Positions 51,768 through 60,306 of a stretch of DNA of 64,000 nucleotides are shown piece by piece. The stretch is from NCBI GenBank assembly GCA_030649945.1, contig JAUSFE010000050.1, positions 1,859 to 65,858 on the forward strand, given 5' to 3'. The number at the start of each line of letters is the position of its first letter. Position 1 is the stretch's first letter. The notes below the pieces were generated by a model. That model was not told the DNA's origin and ran no database searches. It was given only the letters and a program-made list of their open reading frames with translations. Source of the DNA: Dehalococcoidia bacterium (GTDB lineage: Bacteria; Chloroflexota; Dehalococcoidia; SM23-28-2; RBG-16-64-32). A program made the position numbers and the translations under genes.

Positions 51768-53636
51768 TTAGGGCGCGGCCACGCTGTCGGGGGCGGGGAA
51801 GTCCGGGTCCGCGAAGAGCGTGAAGGCGCTGTCTGCGTAGACCTCCCGGAAGCCGAGGACGGTGCGGATGTAGCCGTCCAGCCGCTTCAGCTCCTCGCCG
51901 CCCACCAGCCAGCCGTGCGGCGTCACGTAGTGCAGGGCCACGTACTTGATGCGGTACTTGAGGAACGTCTCCTGCACAAGCGCGGCGTTCAGGTCGTCGG
52001 CGTCCGGGCGGGCGGGGCAGAGGGCCGGGCAAGCCAGGTACTTGATCCCCGGCGGCGTGTCCACCCAGAAGAGCGTCTCGTTGGGCGCGCGGGAGATGTA
52101 TCCGCCCAGGGAGGGCTTCTGGTAGATGCGCTGATAGTAGTCGGCCATGATGGCGCCCGCCTGCGTGCCGCCCAGCGTCCAGGTAGAGCGGCCGAGGGGA
52201 GCGTCCAGGACGGCGAAATCACCCGCTTCGCGGCTGATGGCGACGAGCGCCGCCGGCGTTTCCAGCCTGGCGGTCACCTGGGGTGGGTTCCAGTACTCCA
52301 CGGCGACAAACGCGAAAAGGAGGACAGCCGCCAGGGGCACGAGCTTCAGGTAGTGTCCTCGCAGCCACGAGAGGATGGCGGCGGCGCCCATGGCCGCCAG
52401 TATGCTGAGGGCCAGGTACCCGAAGACAATCAGGCGGGCGATGCCCCGGCGCTCCTTGATCAGCGGTATCTTCTCGTATAGCTGGTAGGGCATGGGGACG
52501 GTGAAGTGGAGGCCCAGGAGTGAGAAATCCTTGTTGTCGCCCAGGTAGAGGTGCGGGCCCATGGCCAGGGAGACGAAGAACAGGAGGACGGCGGCCCAGA
52601 ACACCTGGACGTGCGAGAGGCGACGCACCTGGGCCAGCGCCACCGCGGCCAGGAGGAGCGGCGTAATCCCCAGGTAGACGGTGTTCTCGATGTCGCCGGT
52701 GGGGAAGTGCTGCAAGGAGCCGAGGTCCCACGTGGGCACCTTCCCGGGGCCCCAGAGGGGGCTGGGCGTGAAGAGGGCGCCCAGGTCGCTGGACATGGAC
52801 TCCGAGGCCACGGGCATGCTCACCTCATTGCGGCGGATGCTGATGAGGGCGGGCACGAGGAGCGGCCCGCCGACCACGAAGAGCGCCGCGACGGCGATGG
52901 GCACCACGCGCCAGAGCGGGAGCAGGCGCGGCCACTCGCGGGCCCTGGCGTAGACGAGCGACCAGTAGAGGAGGAAGAGACCCAGGAACATCCCGGCGTC
53001 CACGGCGTATTCCAGGTTGGTGTAGGCGATGATGGCCCAGGCGGCGCCGGCGGCGGCGGCGTCCCACCAGCGGCCGCGCTCCTGGAAGCGGAAGAGGAAG
53101 AGGGCGAACACCGGCAGCGGCCACACGGTGGCGATGTTCCAGTGGCCGTGGAAGCGCATGACGACGAAGGGGGCGAAGGCGAAGATGAAGCCCGCGATGA
53201 GCGAGGCGGCATCGTTCTTCGTGAAGCGGTACGCCAGGGCGTAGGTGGCCACCCCGGAAGCGGCGAAGAGCAGCAGGCCCAGGATGTTCCAGGAAAGGAT
53301 GATGTTGCCGGTGAGCAGTTGCAGGGGGATGGAGAGGACGGCGTCCACCGTGTTCAGCGTGTGCAGGTAGAGATCGGCGCCCTGGGGGTAGAAGAGCAGG
53401 TCCGTGTGGAAGGGGTTGGAGAAGCTGAAGAGGGCGTGCTTCACCCACCAGAGGTTCCAGAGGTTCATCCAGGAGTCCTCCGGGCGCACGGGCCAGTAGC
53501 TCAGGCTGTTTCCGGCGTGCAGGACCAGTGGCCACGTCTGAATGACGGCCCAGAGCAGGAAGAAGGCGGCGACCAGGACCCAGCGCAGAAGCTGAGCGGG
53601 CGGCGCCGGCAGCCGTTGCGGCAGACGCGCGATCAT
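51768..53636 (-). CDS. large polytopic membrane protein, GT-C-type glycosyltransferase-like (YfhO/ArnT-like)
   Basis: 622 aa, at least 12 predicted TM helices in the N-terminal two thirds plus a C-terminal soluble domain; exact family not assignable. Confidence 0.6.
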   Translation of the reverse strand: MIARLPQRLPAPPAQLLRWVLVAAFFLLWAVIQTWPLVLHAGNSLSYWPVRPEDSWMNLWNLWWVKHALFSFSNPFHTDLLFYPQGADLYLHTLNTVDAVLSIPLQLLTGNIILSWNILGLLLFAASGVATYALAYRFTKNDAASLIAGFIFAFAPFVVMRFHGHWNIATVWPLPVFALFLFRFQERGRWWDAAAAGAAWAIIAYTNLEYAVDAGMFLGLFLLYWSLVYARAREWPRLLPLWRVVPIAVAALFVVGGPLLVPALISIRRNEVSMPVASESMSSDLGALFTPSPLWGPGKVPTWDLGSLQHFPTGDIENTVYLGITPLLLAAVALAQVRRLSHVQVFWAAVLLFFVSLAMGPHLYLGDNKDFSLLGLHFTVPMPYQLYEKIPLIKERRGIARLIVFGYLALSILAAMGAAAILSWLRGHYLKLVPLAAVLLFAFVAVEYWNPPQVTARLETPAALVAISREAGDFAVLDAPLGRSTWTLGGTQAGAIMADYYQRIYQKPSLGGYISRAPNETLFWVDTPPGIKYLACPALCPARPDADDLNAALVQETFLKYRIKYVALHYVTPHGWLVGGEELKRLDGYIRTVLGFREVYADSAFTLFADPDFPAPDSVAAP

Positions 53637-53804
53637 TCGTCAGTTGGCCTGGTGCTCAGATTCCGGGCGGGCGCCATGGGTTCTCCCGATAATACACTCC
53701 GGGTCCGGCGAAGCGCCACGGCGTGTGCGCAGGGCCCGGTCGCCCTTGTCAGGGTACGCACGCTGACGTAAGTTAGACGTGTCCCCAGATATAAGGAGCG
53801 GTAG

Positions 53805-54236
53805 ATGCCGAAGGAAGTTACGTTCGAAAAGGCACTGGAACGGGCCAGGCGCATGTCCGAGCGCTACGTGGAGAAGGGCGCCTACGAGTTCTTCCCGCTG
53901 CCCGATATCGTGGATGAGGTCCAGCGCGGCCTGGCCAAGAACCTGGTGACGCACGGGCACCTGTATTGCCCCTGAATGACGCTCTCCGGCGATCCTGATG
54001 AGGATCGCAAGAAGATCTGCCCGTGTGAGCGGCACCACGAAGACATTGCGCGGGACGGGTTCTGCATCTGAATGTTCTTCGTGAGCGAAGAGTATCTTCG
54101 CCGGTACCAGGAGACGGGGGACGTGGGCGCCAGCACGCTGGGCGAGGTGACCCCGCTGGGGGAATCGCTCTTCCCGGCGGAGAAGGACGCGGAGCACCTG
54201 CCGAAGTCCCAGCGCGGGCCCAGAGCCCGGGCGTAG
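53805..54236 (+). CDS. candidate selenoprotein: ferredoxin-thioredoxin reductase catalytic-subunit (FtrC)-like protein with two in-frame UGA (Sec) codons at 53973-53975 and 54069-54071
   Basis: RBS AAGGAG 6 nt upstream of the ATG. Read-through translation: MPKEVTFEKALERARRMSERYVEKGAYEFFPLPDIVDEVQRGLAKNLVTHGHLYCP-U-MTLSGDPDEDRKKICPCERHHEDIARDGFCI-U-MFFVSEEY...RA. This reproduces the FtrC CPC...CPC...CHC-MLF motif with U at the two redox-active Cys positions. Hairpins GCGATCCT-GAUG-AGGATCGC (13 nt after UGA1) and CGAAGA-GUA-UCUUCG (15 nt after UGA2). Absent from the ORF track because the UGAs split it into pieces of less than 60 aa. Confidence 0.5.
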
Positions 54237-54710
54237 AGACGCCCCGGCGGGGCGTCTCAGGCGCTCGTAGTGGGTACGCCGCGCTGTCTGCCCTGCGCCC
54301 CGACCACCTGGCTTCACCTCCCCACCGCCCCAGATTCCTTCGCGAAGCTACGTGTCAGCCGCGCTCAGGCGCCATCTCGCTCAGAATGACAGGGTGCGTT
54401 CGCACGGCGCTCATTACCCGCGCAGCAGCGGTGGTAGAGACGCCCCGCCGGGGCGTCTCAGGCGCTCGTCGTGGGTACGGCGCGCCGTCTGCCCTGCGCC
54501 ACGGCCGCCTGGCTTCACCTCCCCACCGCCCCAGATTCCCCTTCGGCTGCGCTCAGGGCAGGCTTCGCGAAGATGCGCCTTCGCTCCGAAGGATGTCGAT
54601 ACCGCTCAGAATGACAGATCGTGCGTCGCGGCGCCGCCGCCGGGTGCGGTGAGGCCGGCGCTCAGAACGACGAAGGCCGCCGGGAGGGCGGCCTTCGCCC
54701 GGTTGTCAGC
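54237..54710. repeat. about 200-bp tandem duplication (units starting near 54233 and 54432) carrying the perfect hairpin GAGACGCCCCGGCGGGGCGTCTC and R4 motifs. The second unit has a nested R5 insertion (CTTCGGCTGCGCTCAGGGCAGG). Ends with the terminator hairpin AAGGCCGCC-GGGAG-GGCGGCCTT
   Basis: Direct repeats seen in the sequence, between the convergent FtrC-like and desulforedoxin genes. Confidence 0.7.
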
Positions 54711-54854
54711 CTAGTCCGCCGACGGCAGGACTTTGGGCTGCATGAGATCCATGGCCTTGCCGCAGCACTCCACGCCGCCGTCCCCGGCCTTGATGCACAG
54801 CACCTCGGAACCGCAGGTCTCGCACTGGAACCGTTTGCCTAGCTGATTGGGCAC
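54711..54854 (-). CDS. desulforedoxin-like small Fe(Cys)4 protein (47 aa), copy 1
   Basis: Not in the ORF track (GTG start, under 60 aa). Translation: (M)PNQLGKRFQCETCGSEVLCIKAGDGGVECCGKAMDLMQPKVLPSAD. The CxxC...CC desulforedoxin signature. RBS GGAGG 6 nt upstream. Confidence 0.6.
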   Translation of the reverse strand: MPNQLGKRFQCETCGSEVLCIKAGDGGVECCGKAMDLMQPKVLPSAD

Positions 54855-54888
54855 AGCCTACCTCCATACTCCACGACGCGCCGGGCGC

Positions 54889-55008
54889 CTATTGCTTCTG
54901 CTGCATGGGCTGGCCGCAGCAGGCCAGCGCGCCTTCACCGCCCTTGGTGACGATCATCTCGGTACCGCACTTCGTGCACTGGTACCTCTTTCCAACCTGG
55001 TTAGCCAC
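54889..55008 (-). CDS. desulforedoxin-like small Fe(Cys)4 protein (39 aa), copy 2
   Basis: (M)ANQVGKRYQCTKCGTEMIVTKGGEGALACCGQPMQQKQ; same CxxC...CC signature; RBS GAGGAG. Confidence 0.6.
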   Translation of the reverse strand: MANQVGKRYQCTKCGTEMIVTKGGEGALACCGQPMQQKQ

Positions 55009-55115
55009 TTCTCCTCACTCTCTCAGACGGTTGTCCGGGGTTGAATCCGGAGTCCAGCGGCGAATATAGCGCAGCGGCCGGTGGAACGTCAACAAACAGG
55101 CGGGGCCGCCGCCGC

Positions 55116-55622
55116 CTACTGGACGGCGATCCGTCCGCCCATAGAGCCGGGGTGGAAGTCGCAGCGGAAGGTGTAGGCGCCGGCGACAAGGGGAGCGAAC
55201 GTCAGCTCTCCCGCGGCGCCACCGCCGATGGTGTCGGGTTCGGTCACCGCGTCGTCCTCTGTCTCGTACCGGCCGTCCGGCCCGGCGAGGCGCAGGTTGT
55301 GCGGCTGGGCGTCGTTGTTTGTGACACGGATCGTCACGGCGGCGCCGGCCGGGACGCGGAGGTTGTTGGGGGCGAACTGGGCGTCCCGGGCGGCCACTGC
55401 CAGCGCGCCGTCCTGGGGCTCGGTGACCGCGGGGGCCAGCGGTTGCACGGGCTCCGGCTGGGGCTGCAACTCGGGGAGCGAGGGCGCGCCGGGCGGGCTG
55501 CCGGTGGGCGCCGTCTCCTCGCCGCCGCCGCAGGCGCCCAGCAGGAGCAGCGCCAAGCCCGAGAGCGTCGTGGCGCAGAGGAAGGAGCGGCGGAGCGGAC
55601 GTGACATCTGCATATTTGACAT
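55116..55622 (-). CDS. type-1 (blue) copper cupredoxin lipoprotein
   Basis: Signal + lipobox LLLGAC. Cupredoxin ligands H...C-x2-H-x2-M (FRCDFHPGSMGG) and upstream H (QPHNLRL). Confidence 0.75.
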   Translation of the reverse strand: MSNMQMSRPLRRSFLCATTLSGLALLLLGACGGGEETAPTGSPPGAPSLPELQPQPEPVQPLAPAVTEPQDGALAVAARDAQFAPNNLRVPAGAAVTIRVTNNDAQPHNLRLAGPDGRYETEDDAVTEPDTIGGGAAGELTFAPLVAGAYTFRCDFHPGSMGGRIAVQ

Positions 55623-55641
55623 GGCGTGGACCCGCCGGGCG

Positions 55642-56784
55642 CTACTTCGCGGTGATGTCACCCTTCATATCAAGCGGGTGGAAGTCGCAGCGGTAGCTGC
55701 CGGCGCCCGCCGGAAGGGTAGTAGTAAGCGTGGCACTGGAACCGGGAGGCACCAAGTCCGGGCTGGAAACAGTGTCATCGTCCGTATCGAACTTGTTGTC
55801 GGGCCCGGCGATGCGCAGGTTATGGGGGGCGTTGCCACCGTTCTTGAGGTTGAAGGTAACGGCCTGGCCGGCCGTCACTTCCAGCGGCGGGTTCTGCTGG
55901 GCCCCGAACTTGAAGAAGTTGTCGCCCATGGTCACGTCCGCCGTGCCGCTGACCTGGACCGGCGGCCCGGGCGTGGCCGCGGGGGCGGCGGCCTTCTGGC
56001 CGCAGGGCGGGGTGCCGATCTCGCCGTTGATCGTCGTGCCGGGCAGCACCGGACCTTTGAAGACCTCCGAGCCCAGCTTATGCGCCGAGGCCGCGGTCCC
56101 CATGGCGCCGCGCTCGACTTCGATCTTGCCGCTACCCTCGCTAACGCTCTTGATGACGACCAGTTCATAGACGCCGTCGACGGGATCGTCGTCGAGCCGC
56201 AGGACGTCTTCCGCCTTGATGCCGTCCACTGAGTCCAGCGCGAGCGTCGTGCCGCCTTTACCGATGTCCGCCTCGAGGCGCTTTGGGGGGGCGAATTCGT
56301 CGTGGTGGGCGGCGCGCTCTACGGCGTGCGCCCAGCCCAGCTCTGACGCCAGCGGGTCATGCGCGCCGTCCAGCATGCGGCCCGTGATGAGGGCGACGAG
56401 CTGCTCGATCTGAAAGTCGTTGAGCGGGCCGTTCTGCGCCTGAGACCACGCCGGCATGACGGTGCCCACGCGGCCGCAGACGATCGTGTCGCGCATGCGG
56501 TTCTGCAGGGCCAGAATCTGGCCGGCGCTGCCCTCGCGGTTGGCGGACAGGTTGAGCGGGACGCCGGGAAGGCCGCCGCGCTCGAGCGGGCCCTGGCCGG
56601 TGAGGCCGTGGCAGGAGCGGCAGTTAAGGGCGAAAAGGGCGCCCCCGCGCTCCGCGTTGACGCGCAGCTGGCGCTCGGTAGCTTCGTCCGCGCGCGCGGA
56701 GTCCCAGAGGAAGTAGAGCAGGGTGCCGACGAGGAACACCATGAGCAGGCCGACCATCACGTTGACCTGCTTGCTGGTGTTCAT
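55642..56784 (-). CDS. membrane-anchored mono-heme cytochrome c fused to a C-terminal cupredoxin domain
   Basis: N-terminal TM. CxxCH (CRSCHG). C-terminal cupredoxin ligands YRCDFHPLDMKG. Confidence 0.75.
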   Translation of the reverse strand: MNTSKQVNVMVGLLMVFLVGTLLYFLWDSARADEATERQLRVNAERGGALFALNCRSCHGLTGQGPLERGGLPGVPLNLSANREGSAGQILALQNRMRDTIVCGRVGTVMPAWSQAQNGPLNDFQIEQLVALITGRMLDGAHDPLASELGWAHAVERAAHHDEFAPPKRLEADIGKGGTTLALDSVDGIKAEDVLRLDDDPVDGVYELVVIKSVSEGSGKIEVERGAMGTAASAHKLGSEVFKGPVLPGTTINGEIGTPPCGQKAAAPAATPGPPVQVSGTADVTMGDNFFKFGAQQNPPLEVTAGQAVTFNLKNGGNAPHNLRIAGPDNKFDTDDDTVSSPDLVPPGSSATLTTTLPAGAGSYRCDFHPLDMKGDITAK

Positions 56785-56805
56785 TCGCTCGTGGTCCCGT
56801 CCTTG

Positions 56806-57480
56806 CTATGCCTTCGGAGGTGTTTCGCTGCCCGGCTCGTGGGCCGCGGCGCGCGACGGGTTGCCCGGCCCGCCGCTGAACTCGTGCTGGCGGCCGGTCT
56901 GGACGACGATGCTCTTGTCATCCTGCACCTGTAAGGGGAATACATCCAGGGACCTGGGCGCGGGCCCGAAGACCAGCACGCCACCCTCCCTGGTGTAGGT
57001 GGAGTTGTGGCAGGGGCAGCGGAACCAACCCTTGCGCCCCTGGAACTCGAAGCCCGGATTCCAGGGCACGGTGCAGCCGAGATGGGGGCATTTCCGCCAG
57101 AGGGCGAGCAGGCCGCCGGGGGTCTCCTCGCCGTTGGGCGTCGTGCCGGGCTTGAGGTTCAGGAGGAAGAAGCGGCCCTCCGGGATGACGACAGGGTCGC
57201 CCTCCGGCGCCGGGATTCTGTCCGGCGTGACGGGGATGGGGCCGCCGAAACCGGCGAGCTTGCGCGGCCACATGAAGTCCAGGGACGGCCCCGCAAGCCC
57301 TACGATGGCGAGCATGAGGCCGCTCCAGAACCCGCCCAGGATGAAGACGCGCCGCGTGACCAGGCCGCGCCTGGGAACGGGCTTCGCGACCGGGGTATCG
57401 ACAACCAGCGAGCCGCCGGCGATCGCGGGGGCGGCGGGTTCCCGCGGCATGGCGCCTGCGCTCTGGCTTTCAGCTTCCAA
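56806..57480 (-). CDS. Rieske [2Fe-2S] iron-sulfur subunit of a cytochrome bc-type complex
   Basis: Rieske boxes CPHLGC and CPCHNS with N-terminal TM anchor. Confidence 0.85.
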   Translation of the reverse strand: MEAESQSAGAMPREPAAPAIAGGSLVVDTPVAKPVPRRGLVTRRVFILGGFWSGLMLAIVGLAGPSLDFMWPRKLAGFGGPIPVTPDRIPAPEGDPVVIPEGRFFLLNLKPGTTPNGEETPGGLLALWRKCPHLGCTVPWNPGFEFQGRKGWFRCPCHNSTYTREGGVLVFGPAPRSLDVFPLQVQDDKSIVVQTGRQHEFSGGPGNPSRAAAHEPGSETPPKA

Positions 57481-57503
57481 TAGTAGTCACCTCTTGCAGG
57501 CCG

Positions 57504-58487
57504 TCAGCCCTCGTCCACCTTGATGTCCCAGGGCGGGATCAGCGCCTGCGCCTGCCCGCGGAAGAAGCTGCCGATCATGGACAGGGTGAGATAGGAGGCC
57601 ATGACGGCGGTGAACATGATGAGGAACACGTCGCGCCTGGTCCTCACCCAGCCCAGGCGGAAGAGCACGTAGATGATGAGCACCGCCAGGAAGGCGATGG
57701 TCGAGAGCGGGATCACCTGGTCCGACATGATGACGGGAATGTTCAGGTGCATGTCGCACCATAAATGAAAGCTGCCGATGTTCCCGCAGACGTTGTTAAG
57801 GGGTACCGGGATGTGATCCAGGTCGCCAGGCCAGTCCAGGTTCTTGTCGTGGATGCCCCAGATGTTCGGGAAGGGGACGCTGAACTGCAGGCGCTTGGAG
57901 ACATCCTTGACGGAGATGATGCCCTCGTGCTTGGTCGGGTCAGCGTCGCGCAGGCAGGGCGACCCCTGGTGCGCCGCCTGGGTATCGCAGGAGGGGATCC
58001 AGCGGGTCAGGCTCTCGGTGTGCGTGCGGTCGCCGGCGTCGAAGATGACCAGCCCGGCGCTGACGACGACGGCGTAGACGGCAGCGATAACCGTGAGGCG
58101 CACGGCGTACTTCGTGCCGAACCAGACGCCCTGGGCCTGGCGGCTGCGGTCCAGATAGGGGATGACGGCGAAGAACGCGAGGGCGACGGTGGGCAGGAGG
58201 ACGCCGGCCCAGGACTTATCCATGTGCAGGAGCAGCTCCTGGAGGTTCAAGAAGTACCAGGGCGCCTTGGAAGGGTTGGGAGTGACGTCCTGGTTGGCGT
58301 GATTGAGCAGCGGGGCGTTGATGAAGACGGAGAGGAGGAGGAAGGTGATGGTGAAGAGGACGGCGGCGACGAACTCTATGAAAACGAGGTCAGGCCAGAC
58401 CAGGACCTCTTCCTCACGCTCCCGCTTCGGCCGGGGCCGCGCCGGCTCCGCCGGCCGGGCGGCTGGTCTCTGCGCCTCTACAGCCAT
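57504..58487 (-). CDS. cytochrome b C-terminal-domain protein (subunit IV-like) of a split cytochrome b
   Basis: PNPSKAPWYFLNLQELLLH corresponds to the PEWY region; multiple TM helices. Confidence 0.8.
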   Translation of the reverse strand: MAVEAQRPAARPAEPARPRPKREREEEVLVWPDLVFIEFVAAVLFTITFLLLSVFINAPLLNHANQDVTPNPSKAPWYFLNLQELLLHMDKSWAGVLLPTVALAFFAVIPYLDRSRQAQGVWFGTKYAVRLTVIAAVYAVVVSAGLVIFDAGDRTHTESLTRWIPSCDTQAAHQGSPCLRDADPTKHEGIISVKDVSKRLQFSVPFPNIWGIHDKNLDWPGDLDHIPVPLNNVCGNIGSFHLWCDMHLNIPVIMSDQVIPLSTIAFLAVLIIYVLFRLGWVRTRRDVFLIMFTAVMASYLTLSMIGSFFRGQAQALIPPWDIKVDEG

Positions 58488-58502
58488 GGCGGGTGCGGCC
58501 TG

Positions 58503-59282
58503 TTACAGCGGCCTCGCCATGCCGCCGTCGCGCCGGATGCGCCAGAAGTGCACGGCCATGAAGATGGCCGCCAGGAGCGGCAGCGCGATCACGTGCAGCG
58601 TGTAGAAGCGGAGCAGGGTGCTGGGGCCGATCTCAAAGCCGCCGAAGACGATGAGCTGCGTCTCGTCGCCGAAGTAGGGAGCGGAGCCGGCGATGCCGAG
58701 GCCGATCGTGGCCGCCCACAGTGCCAGCTGGTCCCAGGGCAGCAGGTAGCCGGTGAAGCTGAGCACCAGCGTCAGCACGAGCAGGATGACGCCGACCACC
58801 CAGTTGAACTCCCGCGGCGGCTTGTAGGCGCCGGTGTAGAACACGCGCATCATGTGCAGGAAGACCAGGATGACCATGGCATGGGCCGTCCAGCGGTGCA
58901 TGTTGCGCATGAGCAGCCCGAATTTGACGTTCGTCTCCAGCTCGGCGATGTCCTGGTACGCCCTCTCCACAGAGGGTACGTAGTAGAACATGAGGAGGAC
59001 GCCCGTGACGGTGAGGATGAGGAACATGAAGAAGGTGAGGCCGCCCAGGCAGTAGGTGTGCGTGACCTTGACGTGGGTGCGGTGCAGGCGCGTGGGGTGG
59101 AGGTGGAGGAAGACGTTGGTGGCCACCACCAGCATCTGGTTGCGCGGGGTGTTGGGATAGCCGGAGCGGAAGATGGACTGCCAAACATAGTTGTGGAAGA
59201 TCTTATCGTAGATGCGGTCCTGGAGGACGCCGATGCGCTCCGACCAGTTGCGTGGTTTTCCCGGATCTTCCGTCACCGCCAT
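58503..59282 (-). CDS. cytochrome b6-like (cytochrome b N-terminal domain) subunit
   Basis: Four-helix heme-binding core with conserved His pairs (MRNMHRWTAHAMV...FLHMMRVF; VIALPLLAAIFMAVHFWRIR). Confidence 0.85.
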   Translation of the reverse strand: MAVTEDPGKPRNWSERIGVLQDRIYDKIFHNYVWQSIFRSGYPNTPRNQMLVVATNVFLHLHPTRLHRTHVKVTHTYCLGGLTFFMFLILTVTGVLLMFYYVPSVERAYQDIAELETNVKFGLLMRNMHRWTAHAMVILVFLHMMRVFYTGAYKPPREFNWVVGVILLVLTLVLSFTGYLLPWDQLALWAATIGLGIAGSAPYFGDETQLIVFGGFEIGPSTLLRFYTLHVIALPLLAAIFMAVHFWRIRRDGGMARPL

Positions 59283-59294
59283 CTGCCGGCCTCC

Positions 59295-59417
59295 TTAGCG
59301 GGACCACCAGGCCCCGAGCAGGACCATGATCCCCAGCGAGCCGAGGACGGTGAAGAGCACACCCAGGAACTCGTACCCCTCAGGGACCTGCCGGAACAGT
59401 ATATCGAGAGGCGGCAT
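59295..59417 (-). CDS. small single-TM subunit (40 aa) at the head of the bc-complex operon
   Basis: Not in the ORF track. MPPLDILFRQVPEGYEFLGVLFTVLGSLGIMVLLGAWWSR. Its stop overlaps the RBS (TAAGGAGG) of the cytochrome b6 gene. Confidence 0.5.
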   Translation of the reverse strand: MPPLDILFRQVPEGYEFLGVLFTVLGSLGIMVLLGAWWSR

Positions 59418-59624
59418 GTCTTTGTCCTTAGTCCCTTCCTCTGCTTCGGTGGTACCCGCTGGGAGCTACGATTGTTTGCAAGCGCAATCTAGCACCGCGA
59501 CGGGGGTGTGTCAATACGCAGGAGGGGCGCTAGCGTTCGCCGCACGGAACTATTCGCTGGCAGTGGCTGTACTATTGGCAGGAGGATCGAATCCGTGTGG
59601 CCGGCAACTGTAATCCCGAGGGTG

Positions 59625-60173
59625 ATGCGACACAGCCTCTTCCTGGTGGCGATAATTGCGCCAATTACTGCCGGATGCGCTGGAGGTGGGGCCTTGAACA
59701 AAGCACCGGACCAATCGCCCTCTGGAACACCGGCGCTCACACGGATGGAACCGGCGGTGCGCCCATCTCCACCCCGGACATGCCCGGCTTCGACCGCCGA
59801 GCCGGTTCGGCCTGATGTCGCTCCAGGCCTCGGTGGTCCCGTCTGGATGATCACCGGCGTCTCATCCGTCCTGGAGTGGCATGGTCCGGACGCGTTGGAG
59901 AAAACTCTGTGGATTGTAGACGATGGCGTTAGCGGGACCGTCACGGTTACGGGTCGCCGTCTCGACGGCGACGGCGTCACCCTCTTCCAACGCTATGATG
60001 GTACTCGGCAGAATCGCGACACGCTGGTATTGGAGGGACCCCACGCGCGGCGAACCGACCATATCGGCTACGTCGTCTACTCAAGCCCGGGCTGCTGGCA
60101 ATTGACCACCCGCGCCAGCGATCAGACGCTGGAGGTCACAGTGTACCTGTTCGCCCCCGAGTCTGACCGTTAG
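59625..60173 (+). CDS. hypothetical lipoprotein
   Basis: MRHSLFLVAIIAPITAGCAGG lipobox; lower GC than surroundings; the ORF-track start at 59508 is an extension. Confidence 0.5.
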   Translation: MRHSLFLVAIIAPITAGCAGGGALNKAPDQSPSGTPALTRMEPAVRPSPPRTCPASTAEPVRPDVAPGLGGPVWMITGVSSVLEWHGPDALEKTLWIVDDGVSGTVTVTGRRLDGDGVTLFQRYDGTRQNRDTLVLEGPHARRTDHIGYVVYSSPGCWQLTTRASDQTLEVTVYLFAPESDR

Positions 60174-60305
60174 CAGGGTGCTGAAAAAGCGAGATCTCGC
60201 CCCACCCGCCACCCCACCCCAAGAGAAAGGCTAAATCTGGGGGACACCCCCAGACCCCCGTCAAAGGAGCTTCGCCCCTCTGTACTCCCCTTTTCTCAGC
60301 ACCCT
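60172..60305. mobile_element. complete about 135-bp MITE-like element with terminal inverted repeats GTTAGCAGGGTGCTGAAAAAG ... CTTTTCTCAGCACCCTGTTAG (family R2)
   Basis: Perfect 15-nt TIR cores; sits exactly between the lipoprotein stop and the purH stop. Confidence 0.65.
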
Positions 60306-60306
60306 G

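Noticed and set aside
53640-54317. 225-aa minus-strand ORF covering the FtrC-like locus
   Set aside because: Antisense high-GC artefact; the plus strand carries a motif-rich ORF with an SD sequence
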